Positions 53,365-62,363 of a DNA stretch of 62,872 nucleotides are shown here, piece after piece. Made by a program: the position numbers and the translations under genes. Position 1 is the stretch's first letter. The number at the start of each line of letters is the position of its first letter. This stretch comes from an uncultured Methylophilaceae bacterium (GTDB lineage: Bacteria; Pseudomonadota; Gammaproteobacteria; Burkholderiales; Methylophilaceae), in NCBI GenBank assembly GCA_964352515.1, contig CAYGSH010000001.1:21756-84627 (forward strand), in the 5' to 3' direction. The notes under the pieces are model-generated. The model did no database searches. It was not told where the DNA came from and saw nothing but the letters and a program-made list of their open reading frames with translations.

Positions 53365-54546
53365 TTATAAAGCTTTTATTTTCAAACCTTCACTAGTATT
53401 GACGACCAAATAAGCTATATCTTTAAACTTAAGCAATTGTGGATAGTCAGTTTTGCCATCTATATGCAGTAATTTAATTTCATCAGACCAAGTTTTACCC
53501 CCATCTTGTGAATTCATGCTCATCACGTGTTTGCTATTGTTAGCATGTGTTTCTAACCAAGCCAACCAAATTTTATCACCGATATTCAATAAACTAGGAT
53601 GCCTTGCTTGTTTACTACTATCACCGAACTTTTTAGGTAGTGATGCCACCCAAGCATTGCCATCCATGCGGCTATAATAAAGCCCTGACTATTTATCTTG
53701 CCCATCAAAATATGCCAAATGATATCCCCACCCGACCAAAGCGTTTTCACCTATTGTAAGCGCGCCGCCATGATGTGGGCAGCCATCTAGCTTCCAATGC
53801 CCAAAGGTTGCGCGCTTGAGTTGTGGATTAACACCAGCTTTAGGTATTTCGGCCATCATATGATCGCGCTCACCCCCTTCAAACACATGTCGCCACATTG
53901 CAACGGCAGTGCCATCTGGTTTCGTCGTCATTGCAATTCGGCAACATTCACAGGAATAGTCTGCTAGCTTTTTTTCTGGCAAAAAACTTTGTCCTCTATC
54001 CTGAGAAGTTGCATAATAAATTGAGCTGCCATTACGTTTCTTATTAGCTGCCTTATCAGCCATTAAATCACGTGCATCTAACCAAGCCACCGTCACTTCA
54101 CTCTCGCTAGAGACAGATAGTTCTTCGAATGCATGACCAATTTCAGAGCGATCTTGGTGAACAATAATCGGCTTTTCAAAACTTTGCCCATCATCAACTG
54201 AACGTGCAAACCAAATGTAGCCAGAAAAACGTTTAGCTAAGTTTTGCATCCATGCTATATATATTTCACCTTGTGGTCCGATGGCAATCTTTGGTCGCAC
54301 CTCTCCATTTGCCGAGAGATTTTGTTTTTCAGCATTAACTCTTATAGGTTTAGAGAAGCTTTTTCCTAAATCTTTACTGCTGGATACCTCTACAAAGCCT
54401 TTATTGACTGCAACACGCCACACGCGACCTTGGGCATCAACTGCCACACTCACGGCTAATAGACTAGAAGTTTCTTTATGAGATGGCTCATGTGCAAATG
54501 CTTGAATCGCAAAAAAGAGGCTAAAGGCAATGTACAAGTAACGCAT
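53365..54546 (-). pseudogene. BNR/Asp-box beta-propeller (sialidase-fold) periplasmic protein interrupted by one in-frame TAG. It is either a pseudogene or a read-through/sequencing artefact.
   Basis: ORFs 53689-54606 and 53365-53667 are in the same frame. They are joined by ...FDGQDK-TAG-SGLYYSR-MDGNAW... (stop at 53689-53691). Four Asp-box-like motifs are present (SKDLGKSF, SVDDGQSF, SQDRGQSF, SQDGGKTW), the last one downstream of the stop. The likely start is ATG at 54546 (MRYLYIAFSLFFAIQAFA signal peptide, AAGGA Shine-Dalgarno sequence). Confidence 0.7.
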
Positions 54547-54595
54547 GATACTGTCCTTAATAATCTTAACAGTCATTAATTTAGCAGGCTTTAAC

Positions 54596-56110
54596 TTAGT
54601 GTCCATAACGCCTATAAAACAATACTAATCCCAATAATGCGACGACAATATTGGCAAGGGCAAATAATGACACTAATATATCCCGCAAATCTTTATTGAT
54701 AAATTCAAAACTCCATTTGTGTAAGTAAGCAAAAATAAAACCTTCGATACCATCAATATCGCGTACTTTTGCGGATAAAGCGCCAGTAACTGGCTCAATG
54801 TAATATCGAGTATTATCTAGATCTTTCATTTGTACTTTAATTACTGGAAGACGTTTAAAAATAAAGCCATACTCATTTTTAAACTGCGTAACCCAAGTGG
54901 CACTTTCAATTTCAGACCCATTAGCTGAAGCAATACTTAAAGCTTTCGCTTTCGCGAAGTCCTCAACACTCTTGATAGTGCTTTTTATTGTATTGCCTTC
55001 AGCTGGAAGTAAATATGGCGTTATTTTTTTCATCATCCCTGCTTGTGGAGTATGAGCCTTATGTACTGCCTCATTTGCTAATACAGCGACTTGAGCTATC
55101 GGCATTTGATTTTGACCCTCAGTTGACAAAGGCAATATATGCCAATATAAATGATTATCATGACTAATTAAATCTAATTTCGCTAATGGTTTTGAAACAA
55201 TTTCGCGCCAAATACTGTTATCAAGTAGGTTAACTGAAACACTTTCAACAGCAATTGTAATTGCAGCTTTTTGTTGTTGGTAACTCATGATTAAATGAAA
55301 CAATCCACTAGATGCAAAAATTAACGTTGAGAAAGAAACAATAAATCCCAATCGTCGATGCCAGCATCGCATCTTTTTATCCGCTAAGCGCTGCTTAGCT
55401 TTCCCTAACATGAAATAGAGGTACAGCCCTGAGAAAGCTGAAATTAGTACAGCGCATAATACAATAGCAGCAATACTTACTTGCCAGACTGGGGCTCGCT
55501 CAAGAAAAGACCAATTATGACCAAACTGAAATAATTTTGTGAGCCAATAGCGAGTATCGTTGACTAAGGTAGCCAGTCTTGATTGCTCGGTATCAATATA
55601 GGCACGTAAATGTTGGTCATTTGAAAATGTTACTCTCCACACAGGTAGCAATCGATTTACCTCGTGGTAATCTTGATTGAATGAAGTAATTAATTCGACT
55701 TTAGTAATATCCTCAGCCTTTTTACCAGTGAAGTGTTTCGCTAAATACTGTGCATACGCTGCATCCCCTTGATATAATTCTTCGCCAGAAACAGTATTAA
55801 AGTATCGCGCAGGTTCGTGATGGTCAATATTCACTCGATAATAGCTAACCCCATCAAACTGTGCCAAACTGACATGCTTTACATTGTTAATACCATGTTG
55901 GTCTAACAGTGTTTTTATATAAAGCGCTTCGTTTAAATCAAATTTCACAATAGGTGCAGAAAATGTAACCGGGCTAGGTTGCAGACGAGACATAATTGGA
56001 TGAGAAATACCAGAAAAGGCCCATAATAAAATCCCGATGCAGGTCAATATACCAAGCCAGCGATGCCAGAATATCCAATTAAATTTTAGTTTAAACAGTT
56101 TAATGCGCAT
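54596..56110 (-). CDS. PepSY-associated transmembrane protein (PiuB/FoxB-like putative metal reductase)
   Basis: 504 aa with an N-terminal WHRWLGILTCIGILLWAFSGISH and a second CWHRRLGFIVS helix pair. The topology is typical of PepSY_TM proteins. It follows a TonB-dependent receptor. Confidence 0.8.
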   Translation of the reverse strand: MRIKLFKLKFNWIFWHRWLGILTCIGILLWAFSGISHPIMSRLQPSPVTFSAPIVKFDLNEALYIKTLLDQHGINNVKHVSLAQFDGVSYYRVNIDHHEPARYFNTVSGEELYQGDAAYAQYLAKHFTGKKAEDITKVELITSFNQDYHEVNRLLPVWRVTFSNDQHLRAYIDTEQSRLATLVNDTRYWLTKLFQFGHNWSFLERAPVWQVSIAAIVLCAVLISAFSGLYLYFMLGKAKQRLADKKMRCWHRRLGFIVSFSTLIFASSGLFHLIMSYQQQKAAITIAVESVSVNLLDNSIWREIVSKPLAKLDLISHDNHLYWHILPLSTEGQNQMPIAQVAVLANEAVHKAHTPQAGMMKKITPYLLPAEGNTIKSTIKSVEDFAKAKALSIASANGSEIESATWVTQFKNEYGFIFKRLPVIKVQMKDLDNTRYYIEPVTGALSAKVRDIDGIEGFIFAYLHKWSFEFINKDLRDILVSLFALANIVVALLGLVLFYRRYGH

Positions 56111-56564
56111 GATGGTGTGGCTCCTTCAACAAGTCAACTAAGCCTTTAAATCGATTAATTAATTCCATATCTGAAACCGTTAAATTGGCTTCAGCTTGAG
56201 CTAACGCATTCGCCAAATATTCAGCATCAGAATCTGGTACGCCCGCATTAACTAAGTGTACTTTTTTAGTTAAGCGAACATCACCACAAAAAATTGTCTG
56301 CCACGTGATTTTATTACGTCTTAATAATGCACGCCTTCCATGCGATTCTTGTATCCAATCGGCAATTGCAAAATCACCACGGATGAAAATCACAGGCACA
56401 CGTATTGGATCATTTGGCTTATCCCATTGATTTTTAATCGCTGTTTCAATGGCAACAATTTTCTTAGTGTCTGCTACAGCCGAAACCAATGAAATCGTTA
56501 AGAGTAATATCATCAGGCCAACAACGGCTAGCAAGCATTTTTTGCTAATCATCATAGCTCCCAA
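56100..56564 (-). CDS. Small secreted protein with a C-terminal His-rich tail (PHHHAH). It is a candidate accessory protein of the copper-uptake system.
   Basis: 154 aa with a signal peptide (...LVSAVA). It overlaps the start of the PepSY gene by 11 nt. The core pattern is NQWDKPNDPIRVPVIFIRGDFAIADWIQESHGRRALLRR. Confidence 0.55.
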   Translation of the reverse strand: MGAMMISKKCLLAVVGLMILLLTISLVSAVADTKKIVAIETAIKNQWDKPNDPIRVPVIFIRGDFAIADWIQESHGRRALLRRNKITWQTIFCGDVRLTKKVHLVNAGVPDSDAEYLANALAQAEANLTVSDMELINRFKGLVDLLKEPHHHAH

Positions 56565-56604
56565 AAAATTGAGGCGATAACGTCACCGCATCGCCTCTAC
56601 GCAT

Positions 56605-58692
56605 TTAGTATGTCCAAGTAATACCCATATAAGCTGCTCTACCATCACCAGGTAGAAATGTTGCTGTATCAACTCCATTTAAGTTTCTTGAAATGCCAGT
56701 CGATGCTGCATATTTCTGATTAGCTAAATTACGTCCTTCTAAAAACCATGACCAATGCTCATTCAGTTTTTGACCTGCTTTCAAGCCCCACAAAAAGTAG
56801 TTGTCTGCATATAAAGTTTCTGCAAAATCGACATTATAACGTTCTGGAGACCACTCTATCGTTGGGCCAAAGTAAAAGCCTTTTAATAAATGATTACCAC
56901 GATAGATTAATTCTGAACGAAGTAACTGTCGTTGAATCCCTGGTAAGCGATTATTGCCAAACGTTGCATCTCCATCTAGCTTAAAATCATTAAGTAAATA
57001 ACTGCTTCTTGATTCTATATTGAAAGGTAAACGAGCCGTTAAACCAAGCTCTAAGCCTCGATGTATCGTCTTATCAGCATTTGTTGTAACTGTTGCAAAT
57101 GGCGAACCTGCAATCCCTACTTGTAATAATTCATTATCTAAATGCGCTTCATAAACAGCAATATCCCAATCTAAGAACTCACTATTACCACGTGTACCTA
57201 CCTCAAAAGTTGTTCCTCTTTGCGCTTTTAAGGCATCAGCAACAATTAGATTTAACTCCCCATGACTTGGCGGTTCAAAACTTTGCGATACGTTAGCAAA
57301 CAATTGAACTTGTGGCTGCAATTGATACAAAAGACCTAATTTAGGACTGTAACCACTGTAACGTGCGTCATAACTTTGATCTCCAGTTGCTGGTCGAATA
57401 AATTCATCATCAGATTTGCGTCTTGCATTGGTATATTGCAAACCGGCAATCAATGTAAGTTCCGGCGATAAACTAAATCGATCTTCAACAAATAGCTCAT
57501 GGTTATTAGCTATTTGACTTTGCTCATTAACTTGAGCACCACGCGTTGCATTCACGTTCCTAAAGTTTTTATAATCCGCCTTCCCATAGGTAGGAATATA
57601 ACCCATGATAAGCTCATTACCGTAACCAAACAAATGCCCCTGATGTGTATACTTTGCAGACAATCCATAATCATCTGTTTCTTGGTCAATCACACCAATT
57701 GAATCATTACCAAAAATAAACAAATCTATGATTGGATGAAATAAGCTTTTTTTAGAATAAAAAGCACCTAATTCCAATTTACTTGAATCAAACAAGACTG
57801 TCGTTTTGTTAGCAATTCGCGTTAGGTTAATATCGCGCTCACTGATTCCTTGTCCAGCTAAAGGGCCCGTTGTAACGGTTGCCTGTCTTGGATCTTCTTC
57901 GAGTTGCCGTTTTGTTAGACTGCTTGAAAGCTGTGAATCATTATTAACATAACCAAAATAAAACCGTGTTTCTATATCATTATTAATCTTATAGCCAACA
58001 TTGCCAGTTAATCGATCAGCGCTTTGTTGCGCATTATCTCTAAAGCTATCGCTATGGTACTTACTAGCTGTAACAAAATAATCAAGATTATCCACCACAC
58101 CGCCAGCTGACAAGCCTAAGCGGTAATACCCAAAACTACCCCCCTCAGTGCGCACTTCAAATTTTGGAGCTGTATACCCCGTTCGTGAAATAAAGTTAAT
58201 ACTTCCACCAAGTGTGCTTGATCCGTATTGCAAAGCGTTGGCACCGCGATGCACTTCAATATAATCAGTTGCCATTGGATCGATTGCCGGAAAGTCAAAG
58301 CTTCCATCAGCTAAATTAACAGGAATACCATCCTGCATGAGTCTGATACCTCGACCATGAAATGTACGTTGTATACCAGAACCACGAATGGAGAGTCTTG
58401 TTTCCTCAGCACCAAAACGCGATTGAGCTAGCACCCCTGTCGCTAAACCAAGTGTGTCTACAAAATTTGACGTCCGGCCTTCGCGTACTTGTTCCATATC
58501 AACAACTGTTACGCCGCCTGCTGTTTTGTTAATCTGTTCACGTGCGGTGTTAATATCAGGTTGTGTCGTTGAGCCTTCAATCCACTTACCATCTACATCA
58601 ATTGTATCTAATGCAATATGCTCAGCAAACGTGTTGGTGCTCACTTGTGATAATGCCGCGAGTATTATGATTTGCCACTTTTTAAATTTCAT
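56605..58692 (-). CDS. TonB-dependent outer membrane receptor
   Basis: 695 aa with a signal peptide (...NTFA), a TonB-box-like IALDTIDV, a plug domain (RLSIRGSG), a 22-strand-size barrel and a terminal aromatic ...GITWTY. Confidence 0.92.
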   Translation of the reverse strand: MKFKKWQIIILAALSQVSTNTFAEHIALDTIDVDGKWIEGSTTQPDINTAREQINKTAGGVTVVDMEQVREGRTSNFVDTLGLATGVLAQSRFGAEETRLSIRGSGIQRTFHGRGIRLMQDGIPVNLADGSFDFPAIDPMATDYIEVHRGANALQYGSSTLGGSINFISRTGYTAPKFEVRTEGGSFGYYRLGLSAGGVVDNLDYFVTASKYHSDSFRDNAQQSADRLTGNVGYKINNDIETRFYFGYVNNDSQLSSSLTKRQLEEDPRQATVTTGPLAGQGISERDINLTRIANKTTVLFDSSKLELGAFYSKKSLFHPIIDLFIFGNDSIGVIDQETDDYGLSAKYTHQGHLFGYGNELIMGYIPTYGKADYKNFRNVNATRGAQVNEQSQIANNHELFVEDRFSLSPELTLIAGLQYTNARRKSDDEFIRPATGDQSYDARYSGYSPKLGLLYQLQPQVQLFANVSQSFEPPSHGELNLIVADALKAQRGTTFEVGTRGNSEFLDWDIAVYEAHLDNELLQVGIAGSPFATVTTNADKTIHRGLELGLTARLPFNIESRSSYLLNDFKLDGDATFGNNRLPGIQRQLLRSELIYRGNHLLKGFYFGPTIEWSPERYNVDFAETLYADNYFLWGLKAGQKLNEHWSWFLEGRNLANQKYAASTGISRNLNGVDTATFLPGDGRAAYMGITWTY

Positions 58693-58713
58693 AGCTAGTC
58701 CCTCTTATATTTT

Positions 58714-58992
58714 TTAGTTTATATTTGTGTTTATTGAATTTACATATGCGTATGCGTATGGGTTGGATTGTGCATCAGGTACGTATTTAATAAGCTCATG
58801 TAGTTCGCATTCAAAATATGTACATAATCTATCTAAATGACTGGTCACTGTGCTATAGCCTTTATTGTTAATCATTCGAGATAATGTCATACGGCTTATA
58901 CCAGTGGCTTTAGCCAAGTCATTTAAGGTGATTCGACGACCCCAAGCAGCCGCTTTGGTCTTCATCATTTCTTTAATTTCGATATAAATCAT
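58714..58992 (-). CDS. XRE-family helix-turn-helix transcriptional regulator
   Basis: 92 aa with ITLNDLAKATGISRMTLSRMINNKG (HTH_3) and LDRLCTYFECELHELI. Its stop lies 21 nt upstream of the receptor ATG. Confidence 0.8.
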   Translation of the reverse strand: MIYIEIKEMMKTKAAAWGRRITLNDLAKATGISRMTLSRMINNKGYSTVTSHLDRLCTYFECELHELIKYVPDAQSNPYAYAYVNSINTNIN

Positions 58993-59093
58993 TTTTTTAC
59001 CTTTAATTTAATTCATAACTAATACGTCTAGCGTATTGAGATAGCACACCTACTGAAAATGATTCTCTTAGGCGGCAACTTTATTAATGTAAA

Positions 59094-59519
59094 TTAAAGA
59101 CTAGGGGGTGCCTGAGCAGGCGGTGAAAGCGCTTTAAAGATTTGAATAATCGTTGTTAATGCTTCTTTAAGTTGTTGAGCTTTGTCTTGTCGTTTAGAAA
59201 AAACAAAAGTATGCGGAGGCTCTAATCCTGTATGAACACTTGGATTATTACAAAAAGGGCAGTGATTAATGTGACTGATGTTGCTACTAGAAGATGGTGT
59301 TTGATTACCCTCTAATTCAGTCTCAATTTGATTACCTTTAGCCGTTACAACTTGGATGGTAATTTTTTGACCATTTGCCGAACATATTTGTTGTTCAAAA
59401 TGATTAAAACCTTGCGTTGAAGCTAAGGCATGAGAAATACTGGGTGCAAGCGATGCAAACACAATCGCAAAAATTGCGATTGTGTTGATTCTTTTGAATA
59501 CTTTCTGTGAAAACATCAT
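59094..59519 (-). CDS. DUF2946-family secreted protein with a CxxC motif (paralog 1)
   Basis: 141 aa with an N-terminal FAIVFASLAPSISHALA, a single Cys (QQICS) and HCPFC. It is clearly paralogous to 61926-62357. Confidence 0.75.
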   Translation of the reverse strand: MMFSQKVFKRINTIAIFAIVFASLAPSISHALASTQGFNHFEQQICSANGQKITIQVVTAKGNQIETELEGNQTPSSSSNISHINHCPFCNNPSVHTGLEPPHTFVFSKRQDKAQQLKEALTTIIQIFKALSPPAQAPPSL

Positions 59520-59554
59520 CTTATCTTATTCGTCATCATGTCCAAAAAAGCTTA

Positions 59555-61774
59555 CTAATAGAATAAGGTTAACCCAACATTAACAGAGCGACCCATACCA
59601 GGTACTTGAATACCACGATTAACCCCTGTTCCCATCGTTGCACCTTGCCCTAAATAGGCCCCACCTAGTGGATCAGCATACCCTTTATCAAATACATTCT
59701 CGAAACCAAGGTCAAAACGTGCATGCTTCCAATCGTAGCTCGAATAGAAATTCACTAAACTATAACCATCCGTTTCTAGTTCTCGCCGAACTGCCTGGAC
59801 ATTATTCTTTGCAGCCACCATATATAGCTCTAAATGGTTTTTCCAAGTACCTAACTGATGCTCCACTCCCAGTCTTGCGTTTAGCGGCATGATGTTATAT
59901 AAATCATCATTAGTCTTAGTATTTTCACCTCTAACGTAACTCAGTAAACCTGTCGCGGAAAAATGACCAATCTTACTGCCATGCGTGAGTGATTTTTTTG
60001 CATAGATATCCAATCCATAAAGACGTGCAGATTGATTATCCAAACTTAAGTTCACAAAACCATCCGTTCTAGGCATACAGGTTTTACCTACTTCCGAACA
60101 AGCGACAGCATCAATAAAATCATCCACATAAGTAAAATAGGGTGTGGCTTTGACTTGCCAATTTTGATTAGCGGCATCATTCCATTTGCCTGTCGCACTA
60201 AACGTGTGCGCTTTTTCAGGATCTAGGTTAAGGTTACCTACATAACCGTTACCATCGCCATACCAATTGTTCATATTCATGACCATGGTATTGGTATTTG
60301 CCCAAGCAAAACGCTCATAGACATTGGGCGAACGTGTTTTCATGGCATAGCCAGCTTCATAACTTTGAGATGTGCTAGGTGTGAACTTTGCCAATGCTGT
60401 TATATCAATATTGTTATCGGTTTGGCTTCTATCTGCCGCGTTAAATGCTGCTGCAGCGACACCATATGCGGCCATCCCAACTAGACTGTTGTTATAGCCT
60501 TGTACTTCACCTGTATCCATTTTCACGGTACTATTGCGCAAACCAACTTGAGTCATCCACTGCTGACTCCATTGCGATTCCAGCTCAGCAAACACATCAT
60601 ATTTATCGCGTTGTCCATTGTTGATATTCAAGAACGTATTGGGCGACATCATACCTATAACGGGAGCTCCTGGTGCTTGTGATGGACTCCAATAATCATC
60701 CAAACGATAACGCTGATATTCTGCACCAACTCTGAGCAAGTCTCTTTCTGAAATATCTATGCTTGCTTTCAGTTTTGCTCCTGAGGTTCTACCTAATGTA
60801 TCCATTGGCATACCTGGCACGTTATTCCCTGGCCCGTAGAAAAACTGTTTATCATCGCCAAACTGCATACTGTGTCTTACACGCTCATGATAAGCCTGAG
60901 TTTCCAACTTGCCCCAGTCATAATCACCGGTATATTTCAGATTAAATTGTGTCGCAGTATTCCCCGTCATATCCATCCGTTGATTTGGGAACCCTTGTTT
61001 TGGTATATCTTGCAAACCCAGTTTAAATTGAAATAAATGATTATCGCGCTTCACACCTAATGCCAAAGCATGATTGATTGCACGATAATAAGTTGACCCT
61101 ACTTCATCCGCATCTAAAAAGCCGCGGCCTACAGCAGCTTGGCCTGCTGGCTTAAAGTCGCTCCCTGCATGATAATTATTGGCCTCAGCAGTTGAACCTG
61201 TATAGCGAACATAAACCTCATCATTTGCAACACTTGCATTCAAGTTAACACCACGCGCATTGTTATTACTTTTGTAAAAAGTATTAATAGATGCATTGGA
61301 AAGTAATATTTCACTAGAATCCGAAAACTCAGGGACTGCTGAATTGACTAAAATTGTTCCAGCAATACTATCACCACCAAAACTAACTGGAGAAATGCCT
61401 TTAAACACATCAATGTAAGCGACATTAGCTGGGGATATATAAGATAGTGGCGGATTCATATGATTGGCACAACTTGAAATTAAATCCATGCCATCAACCT
61501 GAACACGCACCCTATCATCGGCTAAACCATGAATAACAGGTAAACTGGAAACACCACCAGCACGGTAAAAGCTTAATCCCGCCTCTTGTTCTAGCAATCT
61601 GGCTGTGTCGCCTGCCACTTTTGATTCATTTTTTTTAACTTGTGGCTTCGTTTCAGAAAAAACATCAATTTCATCTAAATCCAAATGTTCAGCGTAAGCT
61701 GAACCTACCATCCATGTACTGCATATTAAAGCGACCTCAACCCACAATGATTTGTGTATTTTTTTTAACCTCAC
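59555..61774 (-). CDS. oprC: TonB-dependent copper receptor (OprC/NosA-like)
   Basis: The ORF is open to ATG 61834. GTG at 61774 has an AGGGAG Shine-Dalgarno sequence 7 nt upstream and gives a clean signal peptide (RLKKIHKSLWVEVALICSTWMVGSAYA). It has a TonB box LDEIDVF, and SCANHM (CxxxM) plus RHSM (HxM) that match the OprC copper site. The terminal residues are ...VGLTLFY. Confidence 0.85.
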   Translation of the reverse strand: MRLKKIHKSLWVEVALICSTWMVGSAYAEHLDLDEIDVFSETKPQVKKNESKVAGDTARLLEQEAGLSFYRAGGVSSLPVIHGLADDRVRVQVDGMDLISSCANHMNPPLSYISPANVAYIDVFKGISPVSFGGDSIAGTILVNSAVPEFSDSSEILLSNASINTFYKSNNNARGVNLNASVANDEVYVRYTGSTAEANNYHAGSDFKPAGQAAVGRGFLDADEVGSTYYRAINHALALGVKRDNHLFQFKLGLQDIPKQGFPNQRMDMTGNTATQFNLKYTGDYDWGKLETQAYHERVRHSMQFGDDKQFFYGPGNNVPGMPMDTLGRTSGAKLKASIDISERDLLRVGAEYQRYRLDDYWSPSQAPGAPVIGMMSPNTFLNINNGQRDKYDVFAELESQWSQQWMTQVGLRNSTVKMDTGEVQGYNNSLVGMAAYGVAAAAFNAADRSQTDNNIDITALAKFTPSTSQSYEAGYAMKTRSPNVYERFAWANTNTMVMNMNNWYGDGNGYVGNLNLDPEKAHTFSATGKWNDAANQNWQVKATPYFTYVDDFIDAVACSEVGKTCMPRTDGFVNLSLDNQSARLYGLDIYAKKSLTHGSKIGHFSATGLLSYVRGENTKTNDDLYNIMPLNARLGVEHQLGTWKNHLELYMVAAKNNVQAVRRELETDGYSLVNFYSSYDWKHARFDLGFENVFDKGYADPLGGAYLGQGATMGTGVNRGIQVPGMGRSVNVGLTLFY

Positions 61775-61925
61775 AACATAACTCCCTAAAACATTCTTAT
61801 TAACTTTTAGAAGTCGTATTCCACTTGTTGGCAATCATTTAAAAACTCGTCTAGAAAAAGCTAGATCAAATTTCAGATTGATAGGCAACAACAAGCGCTA
61901 ACGGCTTGCAAATGATTAAATACTA

Positions 61926-62357
61926 TTAGAGGGAAATGCTTGGAGGACCACGGGAGAGATGCGCAGAATGATTAACTTTGGCGACAAAAGGAATTTGATA
62001 ATCAACGCGTTGCTCACTTAACTGCTGAGAAATATATAACTCAAAAGAAGTCGTTGGATTTGGAATCACGACATTGGCAAACCCTGTCTGACAGAAAGGG
62101 CAATGGTTTAAGTGGTGATTAATCGTCCTTGATTTTGAAGAAGAATCTGTTTCTAACGCTGCTTCAATTGCTTGCCCTTGCGTTGTCACCACTTGAATAT
62201 AGAGCTTTTGACCACCAACGCCACAAATTTCTTGCATAAAGCCTTGCGTACCAGTTTGGTTCGCTAATGCATGAGAAATACTCGGCGCGAGCGACGCAAA
62301 TATAATCGCAAATAATGCGATTTTATGTGCCCAGCGGAATAATTTTCTCGATAACAT
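61926..62357 (-). CDS. DUF2946-family secreted protein with a CxxC motif (paralog 2)
   Basis: 143 aa with FAIIFASLAPSISHALA, QEICG and HCPFC. It lies directly upstream of, and co-oriented with, the OprC-like receptor. Confidence 0.75.
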   Translation of the reverse strand: MLSRKLFRWAHKIALFAIIFASLAPSISHALANQTGTQGFMQEICGVGGQKLYIQVVTTQGQAIEAALETDSSSKSRTINHHLNHCPFCQTGFANVVIPNPTTSFELYISQQLSEQRVDYQIPFVAKVNHSAHLSRGPPSISL

Positions 62358-62363
62358 CGGCAG

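Noticed and set aside
59053-59071. A Fur-box-like sequence (ctGAAAATGATTCTCttag) upstream of the XRE gene.
   Set aside because: It gives only about 12 of 19 matches to GATAATGATAATCATTATC by hand alignment, with poor dyad symmetry. That is not enough in AT-rich DNA.
61629-61766. Two A8 homopolymers (T8 on the plus strand at 61629-61636 and 61759-61766) in the 5' end of the OprC-like receptor gene, considered as possible slipped-strand phase-variation tracts.
   Set aside because: Runs of 7-8 A/T also occur in ordinary housekeeping genes in this AT-rich window (for example dsbC at 16508-16515 and rsmA at about 26980). Length 8 is below what is usually phase-variable.
61841-61865. A hairpin (tctag-N6-ctaga) followed by a U-run between DUF2946 paralog 2 and the OprC-like receptor, considered as a possible attenuator. 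The heptamer CTAGACG also occurs in the XRE leader.
   Set aside because: The stem is only 5 bp and AT-rich, and the U-run is offset by 4 nt. The shared 7-mer could be chance. It is worth revisiting only if 3'-end mapping shows termination here.
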